In this document: piece after piece, positions 28,303 through 38,254 of the stretch | Layout of the letters: each line of letters begins with the position of its first letter | How positions within the stretch are numbered: position 1 is the first letter of the stretch | Origin: an uncultured Chloroflexia bacterium | Lineage (GTDB): Bacteria; Chloroflexota; Limnocylindria; Limnocylindrales; CSP1-4 | Direction of reading: 5' to 3' | DNA: 64,000 nucleotides | NCBI GenBank assembly: GCA_963763775.1 | Contig: CAVXPZ010000001.1 | Span: forward strand, 1,024,001 to 1,088,000 | Translations under genes and position numbers: made by a program | Notes under the pieces: model-generated | Database searches by the model: none | The model's input: the letters and a program-made list of their open reading frames with translations, nothing else | Told to the model about the DNA's origin: nothing

Positions 28303-29473
28303 CTACTTGCGGCTGTTGTACGTCGCGAGACCCGACCAGTCGCCACGGACCGCGTACGACGCCTGGGTCGGCCACGTGTCGAGGCTCGACGGTGGCAGCG
28401 CCCCGCCTTGCGCGATGATCTTGCGCAGCGCCGATGGATCGGTGTGCTCGAGCTCCTCGTAGGTGGTCACGCCGCCGGCGGCCAGGATCGAGGAGATCCG
28501 GGGTCCGATGCCGTTGAGCTGGGTCAGGTCGTCGGGCGCGGCGGCCGGCGCGGCCTTCGGCTTGGACGCAGCGTGGTGGGCCGGCTCGGACGCACGCTTG
28601 TTGTACTTGTTCAGGCCCTGCCAGTCGCCCTTCACGGCATACGTGGCCTGCATCGGCCACGACGCCACGTTAGCGGGCGGCACCATGTCGGCCTCGTGGA
28701 GGGCGTGTCGGAGCTGTGGCTCGTTCGCCTCGGCGAGCGCGGCGTACGTCGTGATCCCCGCGGCGGCCAGCGCCTCGCTGGCCTTGGGGCCGATGCCCGT
28801 CAGCTGCGTCAGGTCGTCCGGCGTCGCCGCGGCCGGAGCCGCCTCGACGGCCGCCGCGGCGACCACGGCCGGTGCCGCCTCCTCGGCGGGAGTCGCCTCG
28901 GCGACCTCGACCTCGTAGTCGGACACGACTTCGTCGCCGCCCAGGGCCTCGACGGCCGGGTCCACGAGCGCCTTCAGGGCCGCCTCGGTCTTGGGCGGCA
29001 ACGTGCTCGAGATGAGGAGGGCCTTCTCGCGTGGTGATGGCCTGCTCGATCATCCCGATCGAGGCCGCCCAGTTCCCTTCGTACAGGATGAACAGCGCGC
29101 TCTTCCCGCGGTCGAGCTCCTTCGTCACCTGGCGCATGAACTTGTCGTCGATCCCGATATCGTGCAGCCGGTTGCGCAGCCCGTTCAGGACGCCGACCGC
29201 CGCGCCGCCGACGACCGCGCCGGCCGGCCCGAGGACGATCGCGCCGACGATGACACCGAGCCCGGCGCCGCGGGCGGCCCCCTTGGCGCCACCACGGTCC
29301 GTGGTCTGATGGACCTTGACCCGGAACCGGGTCCGGTCGGCGATCGCGGCATCGACGATCTTCACGTTGGCGTCGACGTCGTCGATCTCCTCGATCCGCT
29401 TCAGCAGGCGCTTCGCCGCCTTGCCCGAGTCCAGCACGAACGCGGCGAGGGTCTGGCCATATTCATCGGTCAT
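28303..29473 (-). CDS. DUF1269-like membrane domain fused to two helix-hairpin-helix (DUF4332-like) repeats; frameshift near 29030
   Basis: N: Gly-zipper and GIDDKFMRQV..GKSALF; C: DDLTQLxGIGP...WPxQAxYAVxGDW twice. Confidence 0.75.
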
Positions 29474-29873
29474 CGATCCGGTCTCCTCTCATCTGGGGAC
29501 GGGGTGCGCCAGCCTACTGGCCGGTCGTCTAGGCGGCGTCAGGTCATCGAACACGAACCGGTCCGGACCTGATCGTCGGGGTGGATCGCGGGGAGGCGGG
29601 AGGTCGGTCGCGTCGGTGTTCCGGGTGTCCGCTGCGCGGAGGCATCCGACGACGCTCGTTGACCGAACCTTCGGACACCTCCCTCCTGGATGCCTGCCGC
29701 ATCGGTCCCCGCGAAGCGATGCGGGGGACTCGACGAGGACGCCGACGGGCGCTCGATGATGCTAGGCCCCGCCGGGCCGTCGTGCAACGACCAACGCCGA
29801 ATGCCGACCCGCTTCGCGGTACCATCGGGCCGGCCGCTCGACCGCAGGTCGGGACGATGATCGGCGGGAGTGC

Positions 29874-30554
29874 ATGGACGACGCGACACGGATCGAGCCA
29901 CCGACGGCGATCGACCCGCCGGCCGGCGAGCGCTTCCTCCTCCTGGCCGACATCTCCGGCTACACCGGTTTCATGGCCGGCGTCGAGCAGGAGCACGGCG
30001 TCGACTTCAGCGCCGGCATCCCGGCGGCCTACTCCGTGCTCGGCGCCCTGCTGGACGCTGTGATCGTCGGCCTCGAGCCGGACTTCGCCCTCGTCAAGCT
30101 CGAAGGCGACGCGGTGTTCGCCGCCGCGCCGGCGGCGGCGCTTGACGACCACGGGCAGCGCGTCCTCGCCACGATCCACTCGACCTATGAGGCGTTCATC
30201 GCCGCGCGAACGGCCGCGATCCCGGCCAACGACCACATCTGCACGGCGTGCCCGGCCGTCGCGCACCTCGATCTCAAGGTGATCCTGCACCGAGGTCACA
30301 CGGTGCGCCAGTCGGTCGGCACGAGCAGCGACTTGCTCGGCCCGGCGGTCACGGTCGCCCACCGCCTGCTGAAGAACACCATCCGTGACCGGATCGGCTA
30401 CCGCCCGTACCTGTTCGTCACGGATGCCGCGGCCGCCGCGCTCGGGCTGCCGGGCCTCGGCACCGCCCACGAAGAGACCTACGGCGACGCCGGGACGATC
30501 GAGGGCCGAGTCCTCGAGCTCGGCGAACCGACGCCCGGAGGGATCCCCGCCTAG
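29874..30554 (+). CDS. DUF2652 (class III cyclase-like) protein
   Basis: LLADISGYT, KLEGDA, CTACP, LKVILHRG, VAHRLLKN. Confidence 0.85.
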   Translation: MDDATRIEPPTAIDPPAGERFLLLADISGYTGFMAGVEQEHGVDFSAGIPAAYSVLGALLDAVIVGLEPDFALVKLEGDAVFAAAPAAALDDHGQRVLATIHSTYEAFIAARTAAIPANDHICTACPAVAHLDLKVILHRGHTVRQSVGTSSDLLGPAVTVAHRLLKNTIRDRIGYRPYLFVTDAAAAALGLPGLGTAHEETYGDAGTIEGRVLELGEPTPGGIPA

Positions 30555-30594
30555 CCGGAAGGCCCGACCAGGCGGGTCAGGGCGACGGGCCCGG

Positions 30595-31123
30595 TCAGTC
30601 GGACGGCGTCGCCGCCGCCGGCGACTCGACCGTCGAGACGCGACCGTCGAGCGCGCCGAAGTCCCAGACGTCGATCGACGGTGGCTCGATGCCGAGGTTC
30701 GTGAGCGCGGTGCAGACCTGGCTGCGGTGGTCGGTGCCGTGGTGGAGCGCCTGGGCGAGCCGGACCCCGAGGGGTGCGTGGGTCTCGTAGCCGCTGATCT
30801 CGACCTCGACCACGTCGACGCGTCGGGTCGAGGTCGCCGGCGAGCAGCCGCTGCCACATCGCCTCGTGACCGGCCATGGCGGTCCGCATCATCGGGATAT
30901 CGCTCGCCGGCTCGTCGAATGGCTCGGGCTCTCCGCCGCGGAGGATGTCGAGGTAGAACACGTCGGCACCGACGAGGTGGCGGAGCGTCTCGATGATCGA
31001 GCCGTACGTCCCGGGCACCACCGAGCCGAGCTGGTCGTCGTCGAGCACCGCGCAGGCATCGAGCACGCGGATCGTCGCCCAGACATGGTGGCCGAAGGCG
31101 TCGGCGAGGACGGATGTGGGCAT
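30595..31123 (-). CDS. DinB family protein; frameshift near 30820
   Basis: HHVWAT, GSIIETLRHL, then QALHHGTDHRSQ in a second frame. Confidence 0.85.
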
Positions 31124-31188
31124 CCGCGTCAATGTAGCAGCAGCGACGGTGGCGTCGGAGCCCGCTGTCGAGTGAAGGAGCTTGGCCG

Positions 31189-31572
31189 ATGCTCAGCGAC
31201 CACCTGGTGTTCCCCATCCTGCTGTCGACGGACCTCGACGCGAGCCGGCGGTTCTACCGCGACACGCTGGGGCTCGAGATCCTGCGCGAGGACCCGGGCG
31301 ACCGGATCGTGTTCCGATGCGGGGCCGGGACGCAGATCGCGGTCACGCTGAGCACGGTCGGCACATCCGACACCCAGACCCAGCTCGCCTGGCGGGTCCC
31401 GGACATCCACGCGGCCGTCGCCGACCTGCGGGCCCGGGGCGTCACGGTCGAGGAGTACACGGCGCCCGACCCGGTCACCACCGACGGCGTCGCCGATATG
31501 GGCCACTCGTGGGCCGCCTGGTTCGTGGACCCGAGCCGGAACGTCCTCGCGGTCGTCCAGCCGAAGGGTTGA
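31189..31572 (+). CDS. VOC/glyoxalase family protein
   Basis: DLDASRRFYRDTLGL, AWFVDPSRN. Confidence 0.9.
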   Translation: MLSDHLVFPILLSTDLDASRRFYRDTLGLEILREDPGDRIVFRCGAGTQIAVTLSTVGTSDTQTQLAWRVPDIHAAVADLRARGVTVEEYTAPDPVTTDGVADMGHSWAAWFVDPSRNVLAVVQPKG

Positions 31573-31590
31573 GCGGGGCGTCGGTCGGCG

Positions 31591-32064
31591 CTAGAGGTAG
31601 CCCTCGGGGACCGGCCCGACGACGTCCATCCCGTGGCGCCGGGCGATGCCCTCCAGCCGCTCAGGGTCCGCGTCGCCGGTGGCGATCGCGGCGCTGAGCT
31701 CGTCGAAGTAGCCGACCATCGCCGCCGGCGTGTACAGGTTGAGCTTGCGGCTCGCCTCATCGCCCACCCGGAAGCCGTGCGGGATGCCGGGCGGGATGAA
31801 GACGAAGGACCCGGCGGGACAGGTGAACGTCCGCTCCTCGATGAAGATCCGGTACTCGCCTTCAAGGACGTAGAACGCCTCGGCCGCGTCGTGATGGATA
31901 TGCATCGGCGGCCCGAAGCCGGCTGGCTCGGCCGCCTCGAGCAGCGCGAAGGCCCCGCCGGTCTCGGCGCTCTCGGCCTTGAGGGACATCGCGAAGTTCC
32001 CGAGGTCGATCGAACGGCCGGCGCCCGGCGCCAGGACGTACGCGGCGCTCGTTCGGTCCGGCAT
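31591..32064 (-). CDS. Cupin domain protein
   Basis: PPMHIH..EAFYVLEG, FIPPGIPH. Confidence 0.9.
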   Translation of the reverse strand: MPDRTSAAYVLAPGAGRSIDLGNFAMSLKAESAETGGAFALLEAAEPAGFGPPMHIHHDAAEAFYVLEGEYRIFIEERTFTCPAGSFVFIPPGIPHGFRVGDEASRKLNLYTPAAMVGYFDELSAAIATGDADPERLEGIARRHGMDVVGPVPEGYL

Positions 32065-32371
32065 CTCGTGCCCTCCATCGAGGCTCGTCTGCCCGCGGTC
32101 CGTGGGTCGCGGCCTCGCCGAGCAGTCTCGCAGGACGGGCGAGCGTCAGCGGCGGGGTGGACGACGACCGGGCCACCCGCCCGCTCGGTGACATCAGCCT
32201 GACGGATACCGAGTCAAATGGCGTAGGTGCCCATGGTCGTTCGTCTTGAAGTGCCCGATTGCCTCATGGAACGTGGCTCACGGCGAAACCGGGCACCGGT
32301 CGCGGGCGTAGCCGAACACGTGGCGCGACCGTGCGCCACGTGCCATCCAGGCAACGAGCAAGGAGCCTCAC

Positions 32372-32620
32372 GTGCCCACATACATCGATATCCACGACCT
32401 GCCCGGCGTCAAGGCCAGCGACGTCGTCGGCGCCCACGAGGCGGACGTCCGCGTCCAGGGTGCCTACGGGGTCGAGTACAAGCACTACTGGGTCGACGAG
32501 GAGGCCGGAAAGGTCTTCTGCCTCGTCGACGCTCCCGATCGCGAGACAGCGGCGCGCGTCCACCGAGAGGCCCACGGCCTCGAGGCGCAGACCCTGCACC
32601 TCGTCACGCAGGGCGCGTGA
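32372..32620 (+). CDS. DUF4242 (SCO4226-like nickel-binding) protein
   Basis: YIDIH, AHEAD, YWVDE..GKVFCL, HREAHGL; AAGGAG RBS. Confidence 0.9.
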   Translation: MPTYIDIHDLPGVKASDVVGAHEADVRVQGAYGVEYKHYWVDEEAGKVFCLVDAPDRETAARVHREAHGLEAQTLHLVTQGA

Positions 32621-32694
32621 CGTCGTCGGTCGGGTGGCGCGGTCCCGGTCGTCGTGGCCGGCACCCGCCGCCCGGCCGGCATCGAGCCCGCCGA

Positions 32695-33147
32695 TCAGCC
32701 CTCGGTCGGGATCCGGTCGACGTACGGGGCGCGCCAGTCGGGTGCCTCGAACGGGGCGGCGTAGTACGAGACGATCCGGTAGATCCTCCCGTCCTTGAGG
32801 CGCATCAGCTGGACGACGTGCCACTCGCTGCCGTCCGGGTAGATGACGTGCGCGACGGCGGTGTACTGGTCCCCCGAGCCCTCGACGCGCATCGGGATGA
32901 ACGATGGCGACATGACCCACTGGTCCTCGGTGCCGATGAGGCGCTCGACCGCCGCCATCCGAGGCTCGCCGCCCGGGTAGTGCTCCAGGATGCCGCGCAG
33001 TCCCTCCGGACCGCGGATGCGCTCGCCCGATTGCGGGTACTCCTCGGTGAAGTCCTGGTGGAGCGTCGCCAGGACCCCGTCGATGTCGTGCGCCTCCATC
33101 GAGCGTGCGTATCGCTCGACGACATCGCGGGTGTTCAGGTCGGACAT
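32695..33147 (-). CDS. NTF2/SnoaL-like protein
   Basis: EYPQSGERIRG, DGRI..YYAAPFEAPDWRAP. Confidence 0.88.
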   Translation of the reverse strand: MSDLNTRDVVERYARSMEAHDIDGVLATLHQDFTEEYPQSGERIRGPEGLRGILEHYPGGEPRMAAVERLIGTEDQWVMSPSFIPMRVEGSGDQYTAVAHVIYPDGSEWHVVQLMRLKDGRIYRIVSYYAAPFEAPDWRAPYVDRIPTEG

Positions 33148-33202
33148 GACAGCCTCCGATCGGGCGCTCGCGGCCCGGCGACGGCAGGGTACGCCTCCAG
33201 GG

Positions 33203-33865
33203 TCACGCCGAGTGCAGGGAGCTGTCGAGGGCGTGACGGATCCCGAGACGCTGACTGACGATCGCTTGCGCCGGGACCATCAGGATCCAGAAGAGTTCGG
33301 CGACGTAGGGCGCGATGAACGCGACCGGGATCGAGGCGGCGAAGACCACCGGCACCACCAGGGCTCGGTACGTGACCCGCCTCGCGACATCCGGGGTCAC
33401 CACCGGCGACACCAACCCGGCGCGGACCGGGTAGATCCAGAGCACGGTGGACGCGAGTCCGGTGACGACACCGAACGCGGCGTAGAACACGACGGCCACC
33501 ACCAGGTCGCCCTGACCGGCGAGGACCGATGTCGGGAACGGCAGCGCGGCGATGCAGAACAGGAACGCGAGGTTGATCGCGATCAGCCGTCCGTCCGTCT
33601 GGACGATGACCCGGAACGTGCGGTAGTGCCCGACCCAGAACGCGGCGATCACGACGAAGCTGATCACGAACGCGAAGATCTCCGGCCGGAGGTCGCCGAG
33701 CGCCCGCAACAGCGCGTCGTTCGTGAGGTGAGGCGGGAGTCCAGGCAGCCGCACGTCGATGGCCAGCAACGTGATCGCGATCGCGAAGACCGCGTCGGAG
33801 AAGAAGATGATCCGCTCGAGGCCGGGGACCGGCCGGCCTTCGGACGTCTCGTACGAGGGCGCCAC
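33203..33865 (-). CDS. TMEM175 family potassium channel
   Basis: ERIIFFSDAVFAIAITLL signature, SF..I..FW..H, LPFPT. Confidence 0.92.
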   Translation of the reverse strand: MAPSYETSEGRPVPGLERIIFFSDAVFAIAITLLAIDVRLPGLPPHLTNDALLRALGDLRPEIFAFVISFVVIAAFWVGHYRTFRVIVQTDGRLIAINLAFLFCIAALPFPTSVLAGQGDLVVAVVFYAAFGVVTGLASTVLWIYPVRAGLVSPVVTPDVARRVTYRALVVPVVFAASIPVAFIAPYVAELFWILMVPAQAIVSQRLGIRHALDSSLHSA

Positions 33866-33960
33866 GACGACAGGCTAGCGGATGGCGAGGGTCTCGGCGA
33901 GGTCTGCATGGCCCCTCCGACGGACCACCGACGACCCATCCGCGGCGCTACGCTGTCGGG

Positions 33961-34638
33961 GTGACGACGAGCGTCGACCGACCCGCCATCCCGACCGGCC
34001 TGACCGAGGGCGGCGTGGTGGCCATCGCCCGCCGCCTGGCGGTCGAGTCGGCCCCGGCCGTTGCCCGGGCGCTCGCGGCCGGCGGGGTCCGCGCCTTCGA
34101 GATCACGCTGAACGAGCCCCGGGCCGTGGCGCTTCGGGCCATCGAGGCGGTCGCCGCGGACGTCGCGACGTCGGGCGGTCCGGACGCGGGCCTGGCCATC
34201 GGCGCCGGGACCGTGCTGTCCATCGCCGCGGCGCAGGAGGCGATCGATGCCGGCGCGACGTTCCTCGTGATGCCCCACACGGATCCCGAGCTCGTGGCGT
34301 GGGCGGCCGAACGGGCCATCCCGGCGTTCCCGGGCGCCGCCACGCCGACGGAAGTGCTTGCGGGCTGGCGGGCCGGCGCGGCCGCGGTGAAGGTCTTCCC
34401 CGCCTCGGCGGTCGGGCCGGCGTTCGTCCGCGAGGTCCACGGACCGTTCCCGGAGATCCCACTCGTCCCGACGGGCGGCGTGTCGGCGGAGAACGCGGGA
34501 GCGTTCATCGCGGCGGGCGCGATCGCCGTGGGCCTCGGCAGCTGGCTCGTCGGCGACGGCGGGCCGGCCGGCGTGACGGAACGGGCGAGACAGGTGGTCG
34601 GCGTCGTCCAGGTGGCCCGGTCGGGGGCCGGCCGGTGA
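33961..34638 (+). CDS. eda: KDPG/KHG aldolase
   Basis: FEIT, IGAGTVL, PGAATPTE, VKVFPA, VPTGGV. Confidence 0.9.
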   Translation: MTTSVDRPAIPTGLTEGGVVAIARRLAVESAPAVARALAAGGVRAFEITLNEPRAVALRAIEAVAADVATSGGPDAGLAIGAGTVLSIAAAQEAIDAGATFLVMPHTDPELVAWAAERAIPAFPGAATPTEVLAGWRAGAAAVKVFPASAVGPAFVREVHGPFPEIPLVPTGGVSAENAGAFIAAGAIAVGLGSWLVGDGGPAGVTERARQVVGVVQVARSGAGR

Positions 34639-35612
34639 CCGCCACGGTCGTGACGCTCGGCGAGTGCCTCATCTCGCTCGTCGCGACAGAGCCCGGTCCC
34701 CTCGCGGAGGCGGCGACCTTCGAGCGGCACATCGCCGGGGCGGAGGCGAACGTCGCCGTCGGGCTGGCGCGGCTCGGCCAGGCCGTGGCGTATATCGGTC
34801 GCGTCGGGAGCGACGGGTTCGGGGTCGCGATCGTGCGCCGCCTTCGCGCCGAGGGCGTCGACGTGCGGCACCTGACGGTCGACACCGGCGCGGCCACCGG
34901 GCTGATGCTCCGCGAGCGCCGCGTCCTCGGCCCGGCCCAGGTCGTCTACGCGCGGACCGGCTCGGCGGGGTCGCGGCTCGCCGCGGAGGACGTGGACCGG
35001 GCCGCGGCCGACGGCCTGTTCCGGGAGGCCCGCTGGTTGCATCTGACCGGGATCTCGCCGGCGCTGTCGGGTTCGGCCCGTGACGCGGTCATGCGGGCGG
35101 TCGAGCTCGCGCGCGAGGCGGACCTGACGATCAGCCTCGACGTCAACCTCCGGCGGCGTCTGTGGTCCGACGAGGCGGCGGCCCCGATCGTCCGGTCCCT
35201 CGCGCAGCAGGCGGACGTCGTGCTCGGCAGCCCGGACGAGCTCGCCGTCGTGACCGGCGCGGACGCCGACGACCCCCCGGCCCTCGCCCGCGCCGTCCTG
35301 GCCCTCGGACCGACCTACGCGGTCGTCAAGCTCGGCGCCGACGGCGCGCTCGGCATCCGGAAGGGCCGTTCTCCGATCAGCGTCCCGGCGCTCCCGGTGC
35401 CGTCGGTCGTGGACCCGGTCGGGGCCGGCGACGCGTTCTCGGCCGGGTTCATCGCCGCTCGCCTCGCGGGCGCGGACCTTCTCCCGGCGCTCCGGACCGC
35501 GAACGCGTGCGGTGCGGCGGCCGTCGCCTCGATGGGCGACCTCACCGGGCTGCCCGACGCGGTCGAACTCGAGCGTCTGCTCGCCACGGGTGGCCCGGAC
35601 ACCCTGCGATGA
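34635..35612 (+). CDS. PfkB-family sugar kinase (KdgK-like)
   Basis: GAEANVA, LHLTGIS, DVNLR, VKLGADG, DPVGAGDAF. Confidence 0.9.
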   Translation: MTATVVTLGECLISLVATEPGPLAEAATFERHIAGAEANVAVGLARLGQAVAYIGRVGSDGFGVAIVRRLRAEGVDVRHLTVDTGAATGLMLRERRVLGPAQVVYARTGSAGSRLAAEDVDRAAADGLFREARWLHLTGISPALSGSARDAVMRAVELAREADLTISLDVNLRRRLWSDEAAAPIVRSLAQQADVVLGSPDELAVVTGADADDPPALARAVLALGPTYAVVKLGADGALGIRKGRSPISVPALPVPSVVDPVGAGDAFSAGFIAARLAGADLLPALRTANACGAAAVASMGDLTGLPDAVELERLLATGGPDTLR

Positions 35613-36918
35613 CGACCACGGCGGAGGCCGAGGCCGAGGCGCTCGCGCTCGACGCCGCGGACCCGCTCAGCGCCTATCGCGAACGGTTCCTGCTTCCCGG
35701 ATGGCCCGGGTGGCCCGGCCGGCGCACCCGCGATCTATCTCGCCGGCCAGTCGCTGGGCCTCCAGCCAACGACCGTGCGTGCCGCGGTGGAGGCCCAGCT
35801 CGACCGCTGGGCCCATCTCGGCGTCGAGGGGCACTTCGCACCGGACGGTCCGTGGTTCACCTACGACGAGGGATTCCGCGCGCCGATGGCGCGGATCGTC
35901 GGCGCCGCGCCGTCCGAGGTCGCGATCCTGAACACCCTGACGGTCAACCTCCATCTGATGCTGGCCTCGTTCTTCCAGCCGTCCGGCGCCCGACGGCGCA
36001 TCCTGACCGACGCCCCGCTCTTCCCGTCGGACCGGCACGCCCTCGGCAGCCACCTGGCCTTCCGCGGCCTCGACCCGGAGGCGGACCTCATCGTGGTCGG
36101 CCCGCGGACCGGCGAGGACCTCGTCCGCCTGGAGGACCTCGAGGCGGCCATCGCCGAGCACGGGCCGACCATCGCGTTGGCGCTCTTCGACGGCGTCAAC
36201 TTCGCGACGGGCCAGGCCCTGCCGATCCGCCGCCTCACGGCCGCGGCCCACGAGGTCGGGGCCATGGTCGGTTGGGAGCTCGCGCACGCCGCGGGGAACC
36301 TGCCGCTCGCCCTCCACGACGACGACGTCGACTTCGCGGTTTGGTGCACCTACAAGTACCTCAACGGCGGCCCGGGCTCGGTGGGGTCGATCTTCGTCCA
36401 CGACCGGCACACTCGAGCGGACAGCACGCTGCCGCGGCTGACGGGCTGGTGGGGCGCGACGCCCGAACACCGCTTCGACCCGAGCGGACCGTTCGTCGCG
36501 GACACGGGTGCGGCCGCGTGGAAGATGTCGACGGCGCCGCTCTTCAACATGGTGCCGCTCGCGGCGTCGCTCGCGATCTTCGACGAGGTCGGGATGGCGG
36601 CGCTGCGCGACCGCTCGATCCGGCTGACCGGCTATCTCGCCGGGATCCTCGCGGGCCTCGGCGTCGAGATCCTGACCCCGGCCGGACCCGGGGTCACGCG
36701 GCGCGCAGCTGTCGCTGCGCTTCCCGGACGCCACCTCGGTGCTCGCGGCGCTCGAGGGCCGCGGCGTGATCGCCGACTTCCGCGCCCCGGACATCATCCG
36801 GCTGGCCCCGATCCCGCTCTACAACTCGTTCCACGAGCTGTGGCGACTCGGCGGGATCCTGCGGGACGTCGTCGGACCGGCGTCCGGCGCGGCCGGCTCG
36901 GCGGACGGTGCCGCCTAG
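35609..36918 (+). CDS. kynU: Kynureninase; frameshifts near 35700-35730 and 36690
   Basis: YLAGQSLGLQP, LTVNLHL, FPSD, AHAAGN, WCTYKYLNGGPG, GWWG, RGAQLS, PLYNSF. Confidence 0.9.
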
Positions 36919-37145
36919 GCCGTCGGTGCCTGGATGACCTCGACCGCCGGCGTCGCCGGGATCCGCCAGCCCCGCTCGGGGACGATGACGCGGTCGGCGG
37001 TCTGGCCGGCGAGCCGGGCCCGGGCGGCGAAGTAGGCGGCCTTCCGGCGCGACACGATCCGCGCGTCCTTGCATGGGCATCCATCGACCAGGCACGGGCC
37101 TCGCGAGGTGGTTGCCTGGGTGCTGCTCTCGTCCTGGGCGTTCAT
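36915..37145 (-). CDS. Small hypothetical protein with C-x4-CPC motif
   Basis: 76 aa, AGGAG RBS; PCLVDGCPCKDARIVS. Confidence 0.6.
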   Translation of the reverse strand: MNAQDESSTQATTSRGPCLVDGCPCKDARIVSRRKAAYFAARARLAGQTADRVIVPERGWRIPATPAVEVIQAPTA

Positions 37146-37242
37146 CGGTCTGCTCCTGCTCCTTCGTCGACCGGCGCTCCTCGCGTTCGGTTCGATGAGA
37201 GCAGACTCGTCCTCACGGCCGCCGTCGCCATCGGGTGGTGAC

Positions 37243-37262
37243 CGTGTCAGCGGCGTGTCAGC
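37243..37262. promoter_or_regulatory. Direct repeat with 11-bp period (OmpR/PhoB-type site?)
   Basis: CGTGTCAGC at 37243 and 37254, upstream of the 37145 minus-strand gene. Confidence 0.45.
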
Positions 37263-37335
37263 CGCCTCAATCATGACGACGGCCGGGGGCCGGCTACCTT
37301 ACGGCGACGGGACGCCGCATCCGGCACCGGCCGCC

Positions 37336-38221
37336 TTATCCGGCGAACGTGTCCGGCGGCAGGCCGCGGACGCCCGGCCGGGCCACGAACAGGCTGCCGG
37401 CGTGCGGCTGGGCCGCCCGGTCGGCGTCGGGCACCTCGGACCAGGCGGACGTGATGTAGAGGTCCTCCAGGTCGGCGCCACCGAACGTGCAGCTCGTCAC
37501 ATGGGCGGCCGGCACCTCGATGATCGCGTCGATGCGCCCGTCGAGCCCGAACCGCACGACCTTCCAGCCGCCCCACATCGCGACCCACAGGCCGCCTTCC
37601 CGGTCGATGGTCATCCCGTCGAGTGCACCCAGGCTCGCCGTCGGGCAGGGTGATGTGCGTCCGCCGATGGCTCAGACCCCCGGTCGCGAGGTCGTACGAG
37701 AACGCCTCGATCCGTCCCGTCGGCGTGTCGATGTAATAGAACGTGGTCCCGTCGGACGACCAGGTCAGCCCGTTCGAGATCGTGATGTCGTCCAGGAGCG
37801 CCTCCACCGTCCCGTCCGGGTCCAGCCGGTAGAAGCCGCCCGCGCCGCGGCGCTTGTCATAGGCCATCGACCCGGCGAGGAAGCGGCCCGCGGGATCGCA
37901 CTTGCCGTCGTTGAACCGCCGGTCCGGCAGGTCCGCCTCGACGGGCGCGACCCTCGTCCACCGCGAGCCGCCCGGCTCGGTCGTCCAGAAGCCGTCCGCG
38001 AGGGCGGCCACGAGACCCCCACCACGTCGAACGGCCACGGCCCCGACGTCGCTCGGCGTCGCGAGGGAGGACGCGCGGTCCTCGCCCGGCCGATGTCGCA
38101 GCACCTGCCGGCCCAGGATGTCGACGAACACCAACTCGCCGGCCACATCGTCCCAGATCGGACCTTCCCCGATCTCCCATCGCCCATCGACGACGAGGTC
38201 CGCAGTCATTCGAGTCGTCAT
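37336..38221 (-). CDS. SMP-30/gluconolactonase family protein; frameshift near 37625-37655
   Basis: GEGPIW, RFNDGKCDPAGR, SNGLTWS, (P)DGMTID, TSCTFGG. Confidence 0.9.
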
Positions 38222-38254
38222 GTCGTGATGGTGCCACGGCGGTACGCTCCCCTC

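Noticed and set aside
29544-29678. Short minus-strand ORF with an AGGAGG upstream
   Set aside because: Arg/Pro-rich with atypical codons and no motif; cannot support it as a gene
32121-32131. AGCAGTCTCGC matching part of the 20-nt cassette junction
   Set aside because: Only 11 nt, no msrA tail follows; more simply a chance match or a minus-strand -10-like element for the cupin gene
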